Shown: positions 28,209-39,433, numbered from the stretch's first letter. The stretch: DNA of 64,000 nt from Microcoleus sp. (GCA_042408215.1 JAYFMW010000017.1:192001-256000); one strand, 5' to 3'. Program-made: numbers and translations. The notes: generated by a model from the sequence alone, not told the origin.

Positions 28209-28649
28209 CGTGAGATTTCTTGTCCTTGATGCAAGTTGCAGAGATTTTAACTGGGAAATTTTTGATGTTCCAGAACCGAGCAAAGCTCTACTCTCAAAGA
28301 GTTTGAGCTTTTGAGACTGGATGTGTAGAGTAGGTTGGCTTGACGAAGATGGTCGATCGCCATGTATCCGAGTGTATCCGATGATCTTTTCACAACTCTT
28401 GTTTCAAATTAAAATATTACTGCAAAAAGAGAATGACTAAGAGCGGATTTTGTGCTAGTCTAGCGCCCAAGGAAGCGTTCGATCGCCTTAACCATAAGCC
28501 ATCGTACCTCGATCCGGAACCAAAGGCAGCCTGTGGTATAATGCCTTAGCCCTGCTAAATACCGGATTTTGCGAGGCTAAATCGAAGGAGTAGTCAGCTA
28601 ATAAAGTAGCTCAAGTCGATCGCATCTTTGTACTCACAAACCGAGAATT

Positions 28650-28892
28650 ATGTACAATCCCTCTCTGCGCCAAATACCTCGCCACTTACCTGCGGACGTA
28701 ATTCCATTAAAGCAGCAATCTTCTCTTTTAGACTGGTTGGAATCTAACAATCGCCTATTAGCAAGAGATGTTCAAGAACCAGACTATCTGCACGAAGAAG
28801 AAATCTCCGAACTGATGGCCGTTGACGACAATCCTTACGATGACCTTGAAGATGAAGACTCTGGAGATGATGTCGCAGCAGGCGACGAATAG
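28650..28892 (+). CDS. DUF3134 family protein
   Basis: NPSLRQIPR...VIPLKQQSSLLDWLESNNRL, acidic tail; upstream of mraY. Confidence 0.8.
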   Translation: MYNPSLRQIPRHLPADVIPLKQQSSLLDWLESNNRLLARDVQEPDYLHEEEISELMAVDDNPYDDLEDEDSGDDVAAGDE

Positions 28893-29028
28893 CTAATAGA
28901 AGGGTGCAGGGATTAACCAGAACAACAGCAGAAAAAAAACTAACAACTTTCTCAAAAGTCTGTGCCGCGCCCTGATACCCTAATTGTCAATTGCTGATTT
29001 TCCAATGGTGTGTGTGGTGAGGAGTTTT

Positions 29029-30144
29029 ATGGATAACTTTTTGGATGAGAAAGTTTCTTTGAGTAGGCCCTTTAAACTTACAGGCAGGAATTTATTCCTA
29101 CTGCTGGGTTTGGGGCTGGGGATTGCAGCTATCGGTTTAGATTTGGCATCTGGTAGATTTTGGAATTCACCTGCATCGCTATTGATGCCGCTAGTTGTTT
29201 GTGCTGTAGTTGCATCCGGTTTGGGCTATGTAGTGGTGCCTTTACTTCAAAAACTCAAAGCAGGACAAATAATTCGCGAAGACGGCCCCCAAGCCCACTT
29301 TAAAAAAGCGGGAACACCGACAATGGGAGGCATATTTTTTGTACCGGCCGGGGTTGTAGTAGCTATACTTTGGTCTAGGTTTAACTCGGATGTTGTGGCA
29401 GTTTCAGCTTTAACTTTAGCTTACGGTTTTATCGGCTGGCTGGATGACTGGCAAATTCTGCGCCGCAAGTCGAACAAAGGTATTTCTCCTCGGATGAAAT
29501 TGGCTTTGCAAATAGGTTTTGGATCTCTATTTTGTCTGTGGCTAATGTTTCATCAACCAACGGTTTCTACGAATATTGCTTTGCCTTTTGGCATTGTATT
29601 GCCTTTAGGTTTGCTGTTTTGGCCACTGGCTGGTTTTGTGCTGGTTGCCGAAAGCAATGCTACTAATCTTACCGATGGTGTTGACGGGTTGATGGGAGGT
29701 TTAGGGGCGATCGCACTTTTGGGATTAGGTGCATCTGTAGCTTCAACTTCACCAGAATTAATGATATTTTGCGTCTGCATGAGCGGCAGTTGTTTGGGTT
29801 TCTTGACTCACAACCGCAATCCAGCCCGCGTGTTTATGGGAGATACAGGTGCCTTAGCCTTGGGAGGTGCCTTGGGTGCGGTAGCTTTATTAACTAATAG
29901 CCTTTGGGTATTATTAATCATCAGCGGGATTTTCTTGGTAGAAACGCTGTCAGTAATTGCTCAAGTAGGTTATTACAAAGCTACAAAAGGCCCGGATGGC
30001 ATCGGGAAGCGCCTGTTAAAAATGGCTCCGTTGCATCATCATTTAGAACTGTCTGGCTGGTTAGAAACTCAGGTTGTGGGCACCTTTTATTTGACTAATG
30101 GGTTTTTGGTTTTAATGATTCTTGTGTTGACGGGAAACAGTTGA
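29029..30144 (+). CDS. mraY: Phospho-N-acetylmuramoyl-pentapeptide transferase
   Basis: KAGTPTMGG, LDD, NATNLTDGVDG, FMGDTG, MAPLHHHLE; GAGGAG RBS. Confidence 0.96.
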   Translation: MDNFLDEKVSLSRPFKLTGRNLFLLLGLGLGIAAIGLDLASGRFWNSPASLLMPLVVCAVVASGLGYVVVPLLQKLKAGQIIREDGPQAHFKKAGTPTMGGIFFVPAGVVVAILWSRFNSDVVAVSALTLAYGFIGWLDDWQILRRKSNKGISPRMKLALQIGFGSLFCLWLMFHQPTVSTNIALPFGIVLPLGLLFWPLAGFVLVAESNATNLTDGVDGLMGGLGAIALLGLGASVASTSPELMIFCVCMSGSCLGFLTHNRNPARVFMGDTGALALGGALGAVALLTNSLWVLLIISGIFLVETLSVIAQVGYYKATKGPDGIGKRLLKMAPLHHHLELSGWLETQVVGTFYLTNGFLVLMILVLTGNS

Positions 30145-30401
30145 AATCGGATTAGGTAATGGATTGTGCAGGGGATGTAAGAGATATTTTATACTGTCAA
30201 TAACAGGCAAGATGCCTGTTCCACAAGAATTCAAAGGTAGTTGTGGAATGGGCATCTTGCCGGTTTAATGCTCCGAAGTTATAATTTTGAGAATTGATAT
30301 CCCCAGTTAATACAATGGAAATTAATAACGCTTTTAAATTATTTGAACGAACCGCGAAGACGCGAAGAGCGCGAAGGAAGAGTTGTTTTTGAAGGATTAA
30401 A

Positions 30402-31355
30402 ATGTTTTTACCGGAAGTTTCGGTGGTAGTGCCAATTTACAACGGAGAGGCGGATTTGCCGGATTTAATCGAGTGTTTACGATCGCAAAGTTATGCACCA
30501 AACAAAGTAGAATATCTCTTAGTAGACAACAACAGTCACGATCGCACTTCAGCAATCCTCGAAACAGCAGCTAAGTTCGATCGCATAACCATTCGCCACC
30601 TCACCGAAAACCAGATTCAAAGTTCCTACGCAGCTAGAAATAAAGGAATTCACGGCTCAAAAGGTGAAATAATTGCATTTACCGATGCAGACTGCCGCCC
30701 GCAATCTGACTGGTTGGAAAATTTAGTTAAACCATTTGTTGACTTAGAAGTAGGAATTAGCGCTGGGGAAATAGTCGCATTACCTGGTAAAACTATTTTA
30801 GAAAAACACAGCGCCCGCCAAAATACTTTATCTCAAAAACATACTCTCGCTCACCCTTTTTGTGCTTACGGTCAAACCGCCAATTTAGCTGTACGCAAGC
30901 AAGTGTTAGAAACAGTAGGTTTATTTCGCCCCTACCTCACCAGCGGCGGCGACGCTGACTTATGCTGGCGGATTTTGCGGCAAACATCCTATAAATTGGA
31001 TTTTGTGGAAAGTGCGATCGTCCGACACCGCCACCGTTGTACCATAAAACAGTTACAAAGTCAATGGTATCGGTACGGCGAATCTAATAAATATTTGCAC
31101 GAACTCCACGGTGTCGATTTGATGCGAGAATTGACAACAGGAGAATATTGTTATCGGCTGGCTAGGTGGCTATTTAAGGAATTGCCGATCGCTCTGGTCA
31201 AAAGCGCGTTAGCGAAGCCCTCGAAGAGGATCGCCCAAGCCGATCTGGTAGACTTGTTGAATACGCCGATCGGTCTAGTGAATGTTCGGGCAAGGGCGAT
31301 CGGACAGCGCCAAGGCAAACTTCCCGAATCAGCTTGGGAAATCGAGCGGTTTTAA
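30402..31355 (+). CDS. Glycosyltransferase family 2
   Basis: VSVVVPIYN, VDNNS, ARNKG, FTDAD. Confidence 0.92.
   Translation: MFLPEVSVVVPIYNGEADLPDLIECLRSQSYAPNKVEYLLVDNNSHDRTSAILETAAKFDRITIRHLTENQIQSSYAARNKGIHGSKGEIIAFTDADCRPQSDWLENLVKPFVDLEVGISAGEIVALPGKTILEKHSARQNTLSQKHTLAHPFCAYGQTANLAVRKQVLETVGLFRPYLTSGGDADLCWRILRQTSYKLDFVESAIVRHRHRCTIKQLQSQWYRYGESNKYLHELHGVDLMRELTTGEYCYRLARWLFKELPIALVKSALAKPSKRIAQADLVDLLNTPIGLVNVRARAIGQRQGKLPESAWEIERF
31209..31229. mobile_element. 21-nt SDR5-like insert splitting a HIP1 site
   Basis: GCG|ttagcgaagccctcgaagagg|ATCGC; near-identical copy at 8409-8429. Confidence 0.75.
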
Positions 31356-31577
31356 TATTTTAGAGCAATCATGGATTCGATCGAAAGTGCGATCGACCGT
31401 TCTCGCTTTGTATACAACCTTGTTTATAAATAAGTAAAAACACTGATACTTCGAGTCCGCTGGCGATCTCATATCAAATCCGTTGGTATCGTCCTGTATT
31501 CATCTCTCCCTTCTCCTCCTCTGTGCCCTCTGCGCTCTCTGTGGTTAAATCATTCCGATGCAACCGTAAACGATATT

Positions 31578-31592
31578 ATAAGTAGAGTTTAT
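31578..31592. promoter_or_regulatory. Candidate LysR-type (NdhR/CmpR) site upstream of ndhF3
   Basis: ATAA-N7-TTAT dyad (T-N11-A); the context fits but the motif is short. Confidence 0.3.
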
Positions 31593-31928
31593 CGGTACAG
31601 ATAAATATGCTGAATCAGAAATATGAAAATTTAACGCAATACTTAATATAAAATTAATAAGTCTATGCTGAAGCACCGGAGCCAACGGCAGCAAGGAACT
31701 CCCAGGCACAAGCAGAAATTCTCTCTAATTCAGTCCGGGACCCACAAATCACAAAGAAACCGGGTTTTTATGCGTTTCTGGGTGCTGTGACGAAGTTTTA
31801 TCGTAAAAACCCGGTTTCTGACTACCCGTGCGTAAGTCCGATAATTCTGCCTTCTGGCTTTCCACTGCTGTAGTCAGCGCGATCGAGATTATTCTCAGAT
31901 TCTTAAATTTTTGTAACCTTCACAGGTA

Positions 31929-33794
31929 ATGCCAATGGCTCAAATCTTACTCCAGACAGTTTGGTTGATACCTTGCTATCCGCTCATCGGCGGAGTTCTG
32001 TCGATGCTGTGGTTTCCGGCTCTTACCCGCCGCACGGGCCCAAGACCATCCGGTTACGTGAACGCCATCTTAACACTCATCGCTTTCCTACACGGCGCGA
32101 TCGCCCTCACAGCTATTTGGAACCAGCCAGCTCAGCAGCAGTTCATTCCCTGGCTAAATGTCGCAGGTTTAGACTTAACCATTCCCGTCGAAATCTCTGC
32201 TGTCACCGTCGGGGCGACAGTTTTGATTACCGGACTGAACTTGCTGGCCCAGATTTATGCTTTCGGTTACATGGAAATGGACTGGGGCTGGGCTAGGCTC
32301 TTTTCCCTGATGGGGCTGTTTGAAGGCGGGATGTGCGGCTTAGTGCTGTGTAATTCCCTGTTCTTCAGTTACATGATTTTGGAAGTTCTCACTTTGGGCA
32401 CTTACCTGCTAGTCGGGCTGTGGTTCAATCAGTCTTTGGTGGTGACAGGAGCCCGCGATGCTTTCTTAACCAAGCGGGTGGGAGATTTATTCCTGCTGAT
32501 GGGGGTAGTCGCCATTCTGCCGCTGGCTGGAACTTGGAATTTTGACGAGTTGGCTGTTTGGGCCCAGACTGCGAACCTAGACCCCACTGTAGCGACGTTG
32601 TTAGCCTTAGCTTTGATTGCGGGCCCGATGGGAAAATGCGCTCAGTTTCCCTTGCACCTGTGGCTGGATGAGGCAATGGAGGGCCCTCTGCCGGCGACGA
32701 TTTTGCGGAATACCGTAGTTGTGGAAACCGGTGCTTGGATTTTGATTAAGTTGCAGCCGGTGATTGCTTTGTCGCCGATCGGACTGAAGACAACTATTAT
32801 TGTAGGTGCTGCGACGGCGGTTGGTGCTTCATTAATTGCGATCGCCCAAATCGACATCAAGCGGACGCTTTCCTATATAGTCAGCTCTTACATGGGCTTA
32901 GTATTCATCGCCGTCGGCACCGGACAAACCGAGACAGCCCTGACATTGATATTTGCCTACACCTTAGCAATGGGTTTGCTGGTGATGAGCATCGGTTCGG
33001 TAGTCTGGAACAGCGTCACTCAGGATGTCCGAGCTCTCGGCGGTTTGTGGGGAAAGCGGCCAATATCGGCGATATCGTTTATTGTCGGTAGCGCTGGATT
33101 GGTTGGATTGCCGCCTTTAGGCTGTTTTTGGGCTTTAGAAGAATTAGCATCTGGGCTTTCGGAAACTCACCCTTTGCTGTTAGGAATAGTTTTGTTTGTC
33201 AACGGTGTCACTGCTTTTGGCTTAGTGCGCGTGTTCGGTTTAGTTTTTGGCGGCAAACCGAAGCAAATGACCGAACGTTCGCCGGAAGTTCACTGGCCTT
33301 TCATCTTACCAATGACTATTTTAATGGGCTTTACTTTGCACGTTCCGCATTTGCTGGCAGCGTGGCAGTTATTGCCTGTGGCAAGTTTGAATTATACCGC
33401 AACAGGACTGGTAGTTTTGTCAAGTGCGATCGGCATCGGTGCAGGAGCATTTATCTACCTGAACGAGAAATGGGAAAAACCAGTGCAAATTGGTTCTCAA
33501 GCCCTGCAAGACTTTTTTGCCTACGACTTTTACACCGCCCAACTTTACCGAGTGACAGTGATATTTGCAGTAGGTCTAGTTGCTCAAGTTATCTCTTGGG
33601 TCGATCGCAATATTGTGGATGGATTCGTGAACTTAATCGGTTTGGCAACAGTTTTCGGCGGGCAAAGTCTCAAATACAACGTTAACGGTCAAACTCAGTT
33701 TTACGCCTTGACAATTCTGTTCGGAGTTGCACTTTTGGGACTGATAGTAAGCTGGCCGCTGCTAGCTCGCCTGTCGCTGATTGTCGGCGGGTAA
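31929..33794 (+). CDS. ndhF3: NDH-1 CO2-uptake subunit F3
   Basis: RRTGPRP, YMEMDWGWAR, ARDAFLTKRVGD, WLDEAMEGP; clustered with cupA. Confidence 0.92.
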   Translation: MPMAQILLQTVWLIPCYPLIGGVLSMLWFPALTRRTGPRPSGYVNAILTLIAFLHGAIALTAIWNQPAQQQFIPWLNVAGLDLTIPVEISAVTVGATVLITGLNLLAQIYAFGYMEMDWGWARLFSLMGLFEGGMCGLVLCNSLFFSYMILEVLTLGTYLLVGLWFNQSLVVTGARDAFLTKRVGDLFLLMGVVAILPLAGTWNFDELAVWAQTANLDPTVATLLALALIAGPMGKCAQFPLHLWLDEAMEGPLPATILRNTVVVETGAWILIKLQPVIALSPIGLKTTIIVGAATAVGASLIAIAQIDIKRTLSYIVSSYMGLVFIAVGTGQTETALTLIFAYTLAMGLLVMSIGSVVWNSVTQDVRALGGLWGKRPISAISFIVGSAGLVGLPPLGCFWALEELASGLSETHPLLLGIVLFVNGVTAFGLVRVFGLVFGGKPKQMTERSPEVHWPFILPMTILMGFTLHVPHLLAAWQLLPVASLNYTATGLVVLSSAIGIGAGAFIYLNEKWEKPVQIGSQALQDFFAYDFYTAQLYRVTVIFAVGLVAQVISWVDRNIVDGFVNLIGLATVFGGQSLKYNVNGQTQFYALTILFGVALLGLIVSWPLLARLSLIVGG

Positions 33795-33898
33795 ATAGAT
33801 CTAATATTTAAGATTTTAGGTGACACTTTTAATCTAAAATCTTAAAAAGATGAAGTCTTTAACCAAGATTTCCAACTCGAACCAACAAGGCAGAATCA

Positions 33899-34618
33899 AT
33901 GAACTCAAATAACAGACAATTCAATCTTTCCCGGCGCAATTCGTTCAAATTTGTCGCAGGTGCGATCGGTACAGGGATACTCGCAGCACGAGCAGGCGCT
34001 GATTTAGCTGCACCGGAACCAGCAATTGCCCAAAATGACATGACTCCCGATGCAGCTCTGAAACAGTTAATGGACGGGAACAAGCGGTTTGTTGACAGAA
34101 AACGCCAAAATCCCAACCAAGATTTAGTTCGCCTCGCCGAAGTTGCCAAATCTCAAAAACCCTTTGCTGCGATTCTCGGCTGTGCAGATTCCCGCTTTCC
34201 TTCCGAGATGATCTTCGATCGGGGATTCGGAGATTTATTTGTCTGTCGCGTAGCCGGAAATGTTGCTACCCCAGAAGAAATTGGCAGCCTGGAATTTGGC
34301 ACCCTGGTATTAGGAGCAAAAGTCCTAGTGGTAATTGGGCATGAAAGGTGCGGTGCGGTAGACGCAACCATCAAAGGATCTCAAGTTCCCGGTCAAATTG
34401 GCAGTTTGCTCGACGCCATTAAGCCTGCTGTAGAAAGCTCGAAAGACCAAGGGGGCGATCGTCTAGAAAATGCCTGCAAAGCCAATGTGATGCTGCAAGC
34501 TAACAGGTTGAAAGCATCTCCAGTCATCTCTAAGTTAATTGAGGAGAAAAAACTGAAAGTTGTTGGCGGATACTACGATTTAGACACGGGTGCCGTCAAT
34601 ATTCTTGTTGATTCGTGA
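33899..34618 (+). CDS. Beta-carbonic anhydrase with Tat-like signal (EcaB-like)
   Basis: SRRNSFK; CADSR, RVAGN, GHERCG. Confidence 0.92.
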   Translation: MNSNNRQFNLSRRNSFKFVAGAIGTGILAARAGADLAAPEPAIAQNDMTPDAALKQLMDGNKRFVDRKRQNPNQDLVRLAEVAKSQKPFAAILGCADSRFPSEMIFDRGFGDLFVCRVAGNVATPEEIGSLEFGTLVLGAKVLVVIGHERCGAVDATIKGSQVPGQIGSLLDAIKPAVESSKDQGGDRLENACKANVMLQANRLKASPVISKLIEEKKLKVVGGYYDLDTGAVNILVDS

Positions 34619-34867
34619 TGCAATTTGGGATTGATAATTGGGGGAAAATCAACATAGACTGACGCAACGGGCACACTCGCATAGACTTGTAGGGTGCGTC
34701 AGACGAAGCTATAGGGCGACGATCGAGAGTTACGGAGCTGACGCACCTTACTAATTGTGACACCAGCCTCCAGGACTGTAACATCTCAACTCTCAAATTA
34801 TCAAAGACAATAGCGTGCAAAATTGTTTCTTTACTCTTGACTCTTCACTCTTCACTCTTCATACATT

Positions 34868-36421
34868 ATGCTTAGTGCCTTGCTCTGGTTGCCCGCGTTG
34901 GGCGCTGCGGTAGTCGGGTTCTTGCCCGGAAACATCAATGGGATGCGCCTGCGTTCAATAGCCTCGGCTTTTGCTGCTGCTGTTTTCCTGTTGAATATCT
35001 GGCTGCTGACTCAATTCGATCCAGCCAATTCGGGACTGCAATTTCAAGAATATTTGCCTTGGATTCCACAATTAGGTTTGAGCTACAACTTGGGTATTGA
35101 CGGCTTGTCTTTGCCACTGCTGGTTTTAAGTGCTTTACTGACGCTATTAGTAATTTATGGCACTGGCGAAAAGATGGAGCGCCCCCAGCTTTACTACGCT
35201 TTGATTTTGCTAATCAATGCTGGTATTGCCGGAGCTTTGATGTCTCAAAATTTGCTGCTGTTTGTACTGTTTTACGAAATAGAATTAATTCCTTTTTATC
35301 TGTTGATTGCGATTTGGGGCGGCAAGCAGCGAGAATACGCTGCCATGAAGTTTCTGATCTACACCGCAGTTTCGGGACTTTTGGTGCTGGCAGCATTTTT
35401 GGCTATTGCTTGGTTGAGCGGCTCTTTAAACTTCGATTACAGTGCGATTAACACTCAAGCATTTCCTCTAAAAGTGCAGTTGATCCTGTTAACAATTCTG
35501 CTAATTGGGTTGGGAATTAAAATTCCCTTAGTGCCCCTGCACACTTGGCTACCGGATGCTTACGTCGAAGCTTCGCCAGCAACAGCAATTCTGTTGGGAG
35601 GGATTCTGGCGAAGTTGGGAACTTACGGTTTAGTGCGCTTCGGGTTGCAGATGTTTCCCGAAACTTGGCCGATAATCGCTCCTGGTTTAGCGATAATCGG
35701 GACTGTGAGCGTGATGTACGGGGCTTTGAGCGCGATCGCCCAAAAAGACATCAAACGCATGGTAGCCTATAGTTCGATCGGACATATGGGATACATCCTG
35801 GTAGCCTGCGCCGCCGGCACGAAACTCGCATTAATCGGTGCTGTCGGACAAATGGTAAGCCACGGCTTAATTTTAGCTTTGCTGTTTTATTTAGTAGGCA
35901 TCATCGAAGCCAAAGTCGGCACACGAGATTTGGACGTGCTCAACGGCTTGATGAACCCGATGCGGGGTTTACCCACGGCTAGTTCCCTGTTAGTTTTGGG
36001 CGGGATGGCCAGCGCCGGAATTCCCGGTTTGGTAGGTTTTATTGCCGAATTTTTAGTATTTCAAGGCAGTTTCTCGATCTTTCCAATTCCCACTTTACTC
36101 TGCATTTTAGCCTCTGGTTTAACCGCAGTTTACTTTGTGATTCTGCTCAACCGCACCTGTTTTGGGAAGTTGGACAACGCCACGGCTTACTACCCTCCAG
36201 TTACGTTTGCCGAAAATATGCCGGCGCTGGTTTTGGCGGGAATCATTTTCGTTTTGGGAGTGCAACCTGCTTGGCTGCTGAAGTGGAGCGAATCTACTAC
36301 AAATGCGATCGTTGCGACTCTTCCGGCTGACAGAAATGCCCAAGTAGCTATCAGTTATCCCCTGGAACACTCGGCGATTCAAATCGCGTCTACACAAACG
36401 AAGTCCGCCTCCGCAGACTAA
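34868..36421 (+). CDS. ndhD3: NDH-1 subunit D3 (NuoM family)
   Basis: GIDGLSLP, PLHTWLPDAY, KRMVAYSSIGHMG, NRTCFGKL. Confidence 0.9.
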   Translation: MLSALLWLPALGAAVVGFLPGNINGMRLRSIASAFAAAVFLLNIWLLTQFDPANSGLQFQEYLPWIPQLGLSYNLGIDGLSLPLLVLSALLTLLVIYGTGEKMERPQLYYALILLINAGIAGALMSQNLLLFVLFYEIELIPFYLLIAIWGGKQREYAAMKFLIYTAVSGLLVLAAFLAIAWLSGSLNFDYSAINTQAFPLKVQLILLTILLIGLGIKIPLVPLHTWLPDAYVEASPATAILLGGILAKLGTYGLVRFGLQMFPETWPIIAPGLAIIGTVSVMYGALSAIAQKDIKRMVAYSSIGHMGYILVACAAGTKLALIGAVGQMVSHGLILALLFYLVGIIEAKVGTRDLDVLNGLMNPMRGLPTASSLLVLGGMASAGIPGLVGFIAEFLVFQGSFSIFPIPTLLCILASGLTAVYFVILLNRTCFGKLDNATAYYPPVTFAENMPALVLAGIIFVLGVQPAWLLKWSESTTNAIVATLPADRNAQVAISYPLEHSAIQIASTQTKSASAD

Positions 36422-36572
36422 GATAGCTCGGCGATTCAAATAGGCTCTGCACTTGCCTTGCGTCCGCCTGTGCAGACTAAGAAATATCTACTCGTTACTA
36501 GGCTCTGCATCCAATTTTCATGAAAGCTGTTGGACGCAGAGCCTCCCGATAAATACCAGGATATGATAGCTC

Positions 36573-36959
36573 ATGAAGCCGAAAAAAGTTTTCAGTTTAT
36601 CCGCAGTTACAACCCTTCTTTTAGTAGCAGCAACTTCTGCTTTTGCACAAGCTATAACTCGAATTCGTGATTTGCCAGCATTGAAAACACCAACCACCAT
36701 CTCTGGCCGAGTAGTCGGTTTTGGAGAAGCTGATGAAAATGAGTGGATTATCGACGACGGCAGCGGTCAAATTAGAATCGATGCCGGCCCCCGCTCCTGG
36801 CGCAATATTAATGTATCAAAAGGTGAAACAATCAGAGTTGTTGGCGAGATAGACGACGGTGAATTTGATGCTTTTTCTATTACTCGCTCGAACGGCTCAG
36901 TAATTAACATCCGCTCTCCCAAAAGCCGGGAGCCTTGGGATGACAAAGAGGACGATTAA
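36573..36959 (+). CDS. Secreted OB-fold (YgiW/BOF-like) protein
   Basis: Signal peptide AFA-Q; ISGRVV, IIDDGSGQIRIDAGP, VVGEID. Confidence 0.75.
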   Translation: MKPKKVFSLSAVTTLLLVAATSAFAQAITRIRDLPALKTPTTISGRVVGFGEADENEWIIDDGSGQIRIDAGPRSWRNINVSKGETIRVVGEIDDGEFDAFSITRSNGSVINIRSPKSREPWDDKEDD

Positions 36960-37191
36960 CTGCAAAATTTTGCGCTATCTGTCTGCTGAGCCTGGGATTG
37001 CGAACAAGAAGATTGCCGCCGACATTCCTGGAGGCATAAAAACATTCAAATCTTAGTTTTTTACCCTTCCTCGTGACTTTAACGAAGAATATTCGTAAAG
37101 AAACCAAATTTCTGACTTCCAGTGCCTAAATCCTAGGCATAATTCCGAATATTTCTAAATAGTGAAATTCATTCAAACCAAGTAACAAACA

Positions 37192-38515
37192 ATGGTACAA
37201 ACACCTACTAAACCAGCAACTAAACTGCCTCCTTCCAAGCACGAATTTGCCGAGGTAATTCACAGACTAGAAGCGGGCGGCGCGATGATTCCAGATACGC
37301 CGGAAAATCTGATGCAAATCATCGCTATCTGGAAAGCCTATGCGGTGCCGATGGACTTCTATTGGCGGGATTTGCTTTATATCGCCGAAGGAGTATTTTT
37401 ACAACCGCTTCCTTTCTTTAAATACTTCTTACCCCAGGAGTATTTAGACTTGCAAAATCACTATGCAGGTGATGGTGCAGATTTGCGAATCTGGCGGGGG
37501 ACGGGAAGCGCTCACCCGGAACTTTTGGAGTTCATGGAGAAGGGAGAAACTGGTAAAATCCCACGACTGTTTCACCATTTGTGGCACGATCGCATTAACA
37601 TGGAATTTGCCGAAGAGTGCATGAGGTCAATGCTTTGGCACCGGGGCTTGTACGTGCCGACAAATCAATTCGATCCTTATTTGGACAGTGACGAATATAA
37701 GGCTAATGCCGATCGGGCAATTAAAGCTTACTTCAAAAAAGACCCGTTCATGCTAGGATTGCACAAAGCATTTCCCGAACTGTTTTTAGAACAGTGCCGC
37801 CAAATGTCTTATTACAGCAATCTCGGCTTATTCTGGGAAGTAATGGCACCAGTATTTTTTGAAGTGTCGGACTTGTACGACGAAGGGAAAATTACCACAG
37901 TCCCGCAAGCGATGGATTTCCTGGTAAATGGCATATTTGCGATCGCCGGAAGGCCCATTTACCACCATGTCCAAATCGACGGCGAAACCTACGAAATCAT
38001 CCCCAAATCTAAAGGTTTCACATGGCTTTATGAAGCAGCATTACCTTACGTGGAAGCTGTATTTTATCGCACTTCGCCGTTCCGAGGAACCAAATCTTAT
38101 AATGCTCAAGCTAGGGAAGTTCCCGACGATCAAAAAGACTTCCACTACGGAATTTTGTATGCAGACAAATTCCCCGTAGGTACGGCCGGCATTCCACCGA
38201 CTTTGCTAGCCCAAGATATGCTGCACTTCCTGCCGCCTTACTTGCTGGATTTCTACAAACAGCGCTGTCGGGGCGAAGATGATATCCTGAATCAAATTGG
38301 GGTAACATTTCAGCGATCGATGTATTGCGTAACTTCCGCAGTATTTCAAGCATTGCGGACTGCGCTATTATATCCTTTGGACGACCCGAATCCGAAGCAT
38401 TTGAAGGCAAATCGAGCGTTCTTTCGAGTCACAGCTCGATCGCTTTTGTCGCCCCGAATACGGCATGAAATACGCTGCGAAGTTGAAGAATATTCAGACT
38501 TCAGATTATAGGTAA
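37192..38515 (+). CDS. cupA: CO2 hydration protein CupA/ChpY with an apparent +1 frameshift near the 3' end
   Basis: RLEAGGA, WHDRINMEFAE, FRGTKSYNAQA, GIPPTLL; the canonical-looking tail ESQLDRF continues in the shifted frame to 38515. Confidence 0.9.
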
Positions 38516-38733
38516 AGGATGTTTGTCCGCCAAGTCCGCCAGGGGTTTAAACCCCTGGCTCAAAGCTCAAGTCGGTTTCAACCGACTGGGGAAAAATGAC
38601 AGCTTTTTAATCTGTTTCAAAAGTGGTATAATACCAGATAAATTGGCATCAGAATTATTCATCTCTCTCTCTTCTCTTCCTCTGCGTTCTCTGCGCTCTC
38701 TGCGGTTAAATAATTCCGATCTAAAAAATAACT

Positions 38734-38940
38734 ATGAACAGCAAAGACGTAGCCAAATATATCGAAGCAACCGATGGAATTTCCAAACCTTGGCTGTTGG
38801 TACAACTGCGACTCAAAAAACTGCAAGAAAGGCGATCGGACATTTCTGCTGAAGAGTATATTACAGAACTCGCCGACCTTCAGCAAGATTTAATGAATTT
38901 GGGGGAATGGTGGCTGGGAATCGAGGATGAGGTGTTTTAA
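38734..38940 (+). CDS. Small conserved cyanobacterial hypothetical protein
   Basis: 68 aa, SKPWLLVQLRLKKLQE...LGEWWLGIEDEVF. Confidence 0.7.
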   Translation: MNSKDVAKYIEATDGISKPWLLVQLRLKKLQERRSDISAEEYITELADLQQDLMNLGEWWLGIEDEVF

Positions 38941-38962
38941 AATTTGATTAGTCGATCGCACT

Positions 38963-39433
38963 TTAAAATTTCTCCATCAAATCTTTTTCTGCGGCATAAA
39001 CATCCCGTAGCTGTTGTAGCGCGGCCCCAGAAATGACCGATTTAACAGTACCCACCAACAGTCCCCACTCCAGTAAGCTATCAACCGAAACAGCGTCTCT
39101 AAACTGGCGCGTGTAGAATTTAGTCCAAAATGCCGGTGCTAGCTTGCTTTTCCAGCGTTTGTACCATCTCCCAAAATCTTGAAGTGCGGGTTCATTTACT
39201 CCCACAATCGGCGGAAAATCGGCGTAGCTGACAAATCGACTGAGGTGTTTGGCGTGCACGTAAACCATGTGGCGACAGCATTCGATGCGATAAATGTCGT
39301 CAACTGAGATATTGAATAGCAGTGCGACTGTTTCTTCTGTGACAAATCTCGCCAGGGGATGCAGGATGGGAGATTTGTGAATTATCTTGGATTCTGCGAT
39401 CGTCCGTGATTTTGCCGGAGTTTCTGATATCAT
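38963..39433 (-). CDS. Hypothetical protein, paralog A1
   Basis: 156 aa; highly similar to 40456-40926; consensus promoter upstream. Confidence 0.85.
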   Translation of the reverse strand: MISETPAKSRTIAESKIIHKSPILHPLARFVTEETVALLFNISVDDIYRIECCRHMVYVHAKHLSRFVSYADFPPIVGVNEPALQDFGRWYKRWKSKLAPAFWTKFYTRQFRDAVSVDSLLEWGLLVGTVKSVISGAALQQLRDVYAAEKDLMEKF

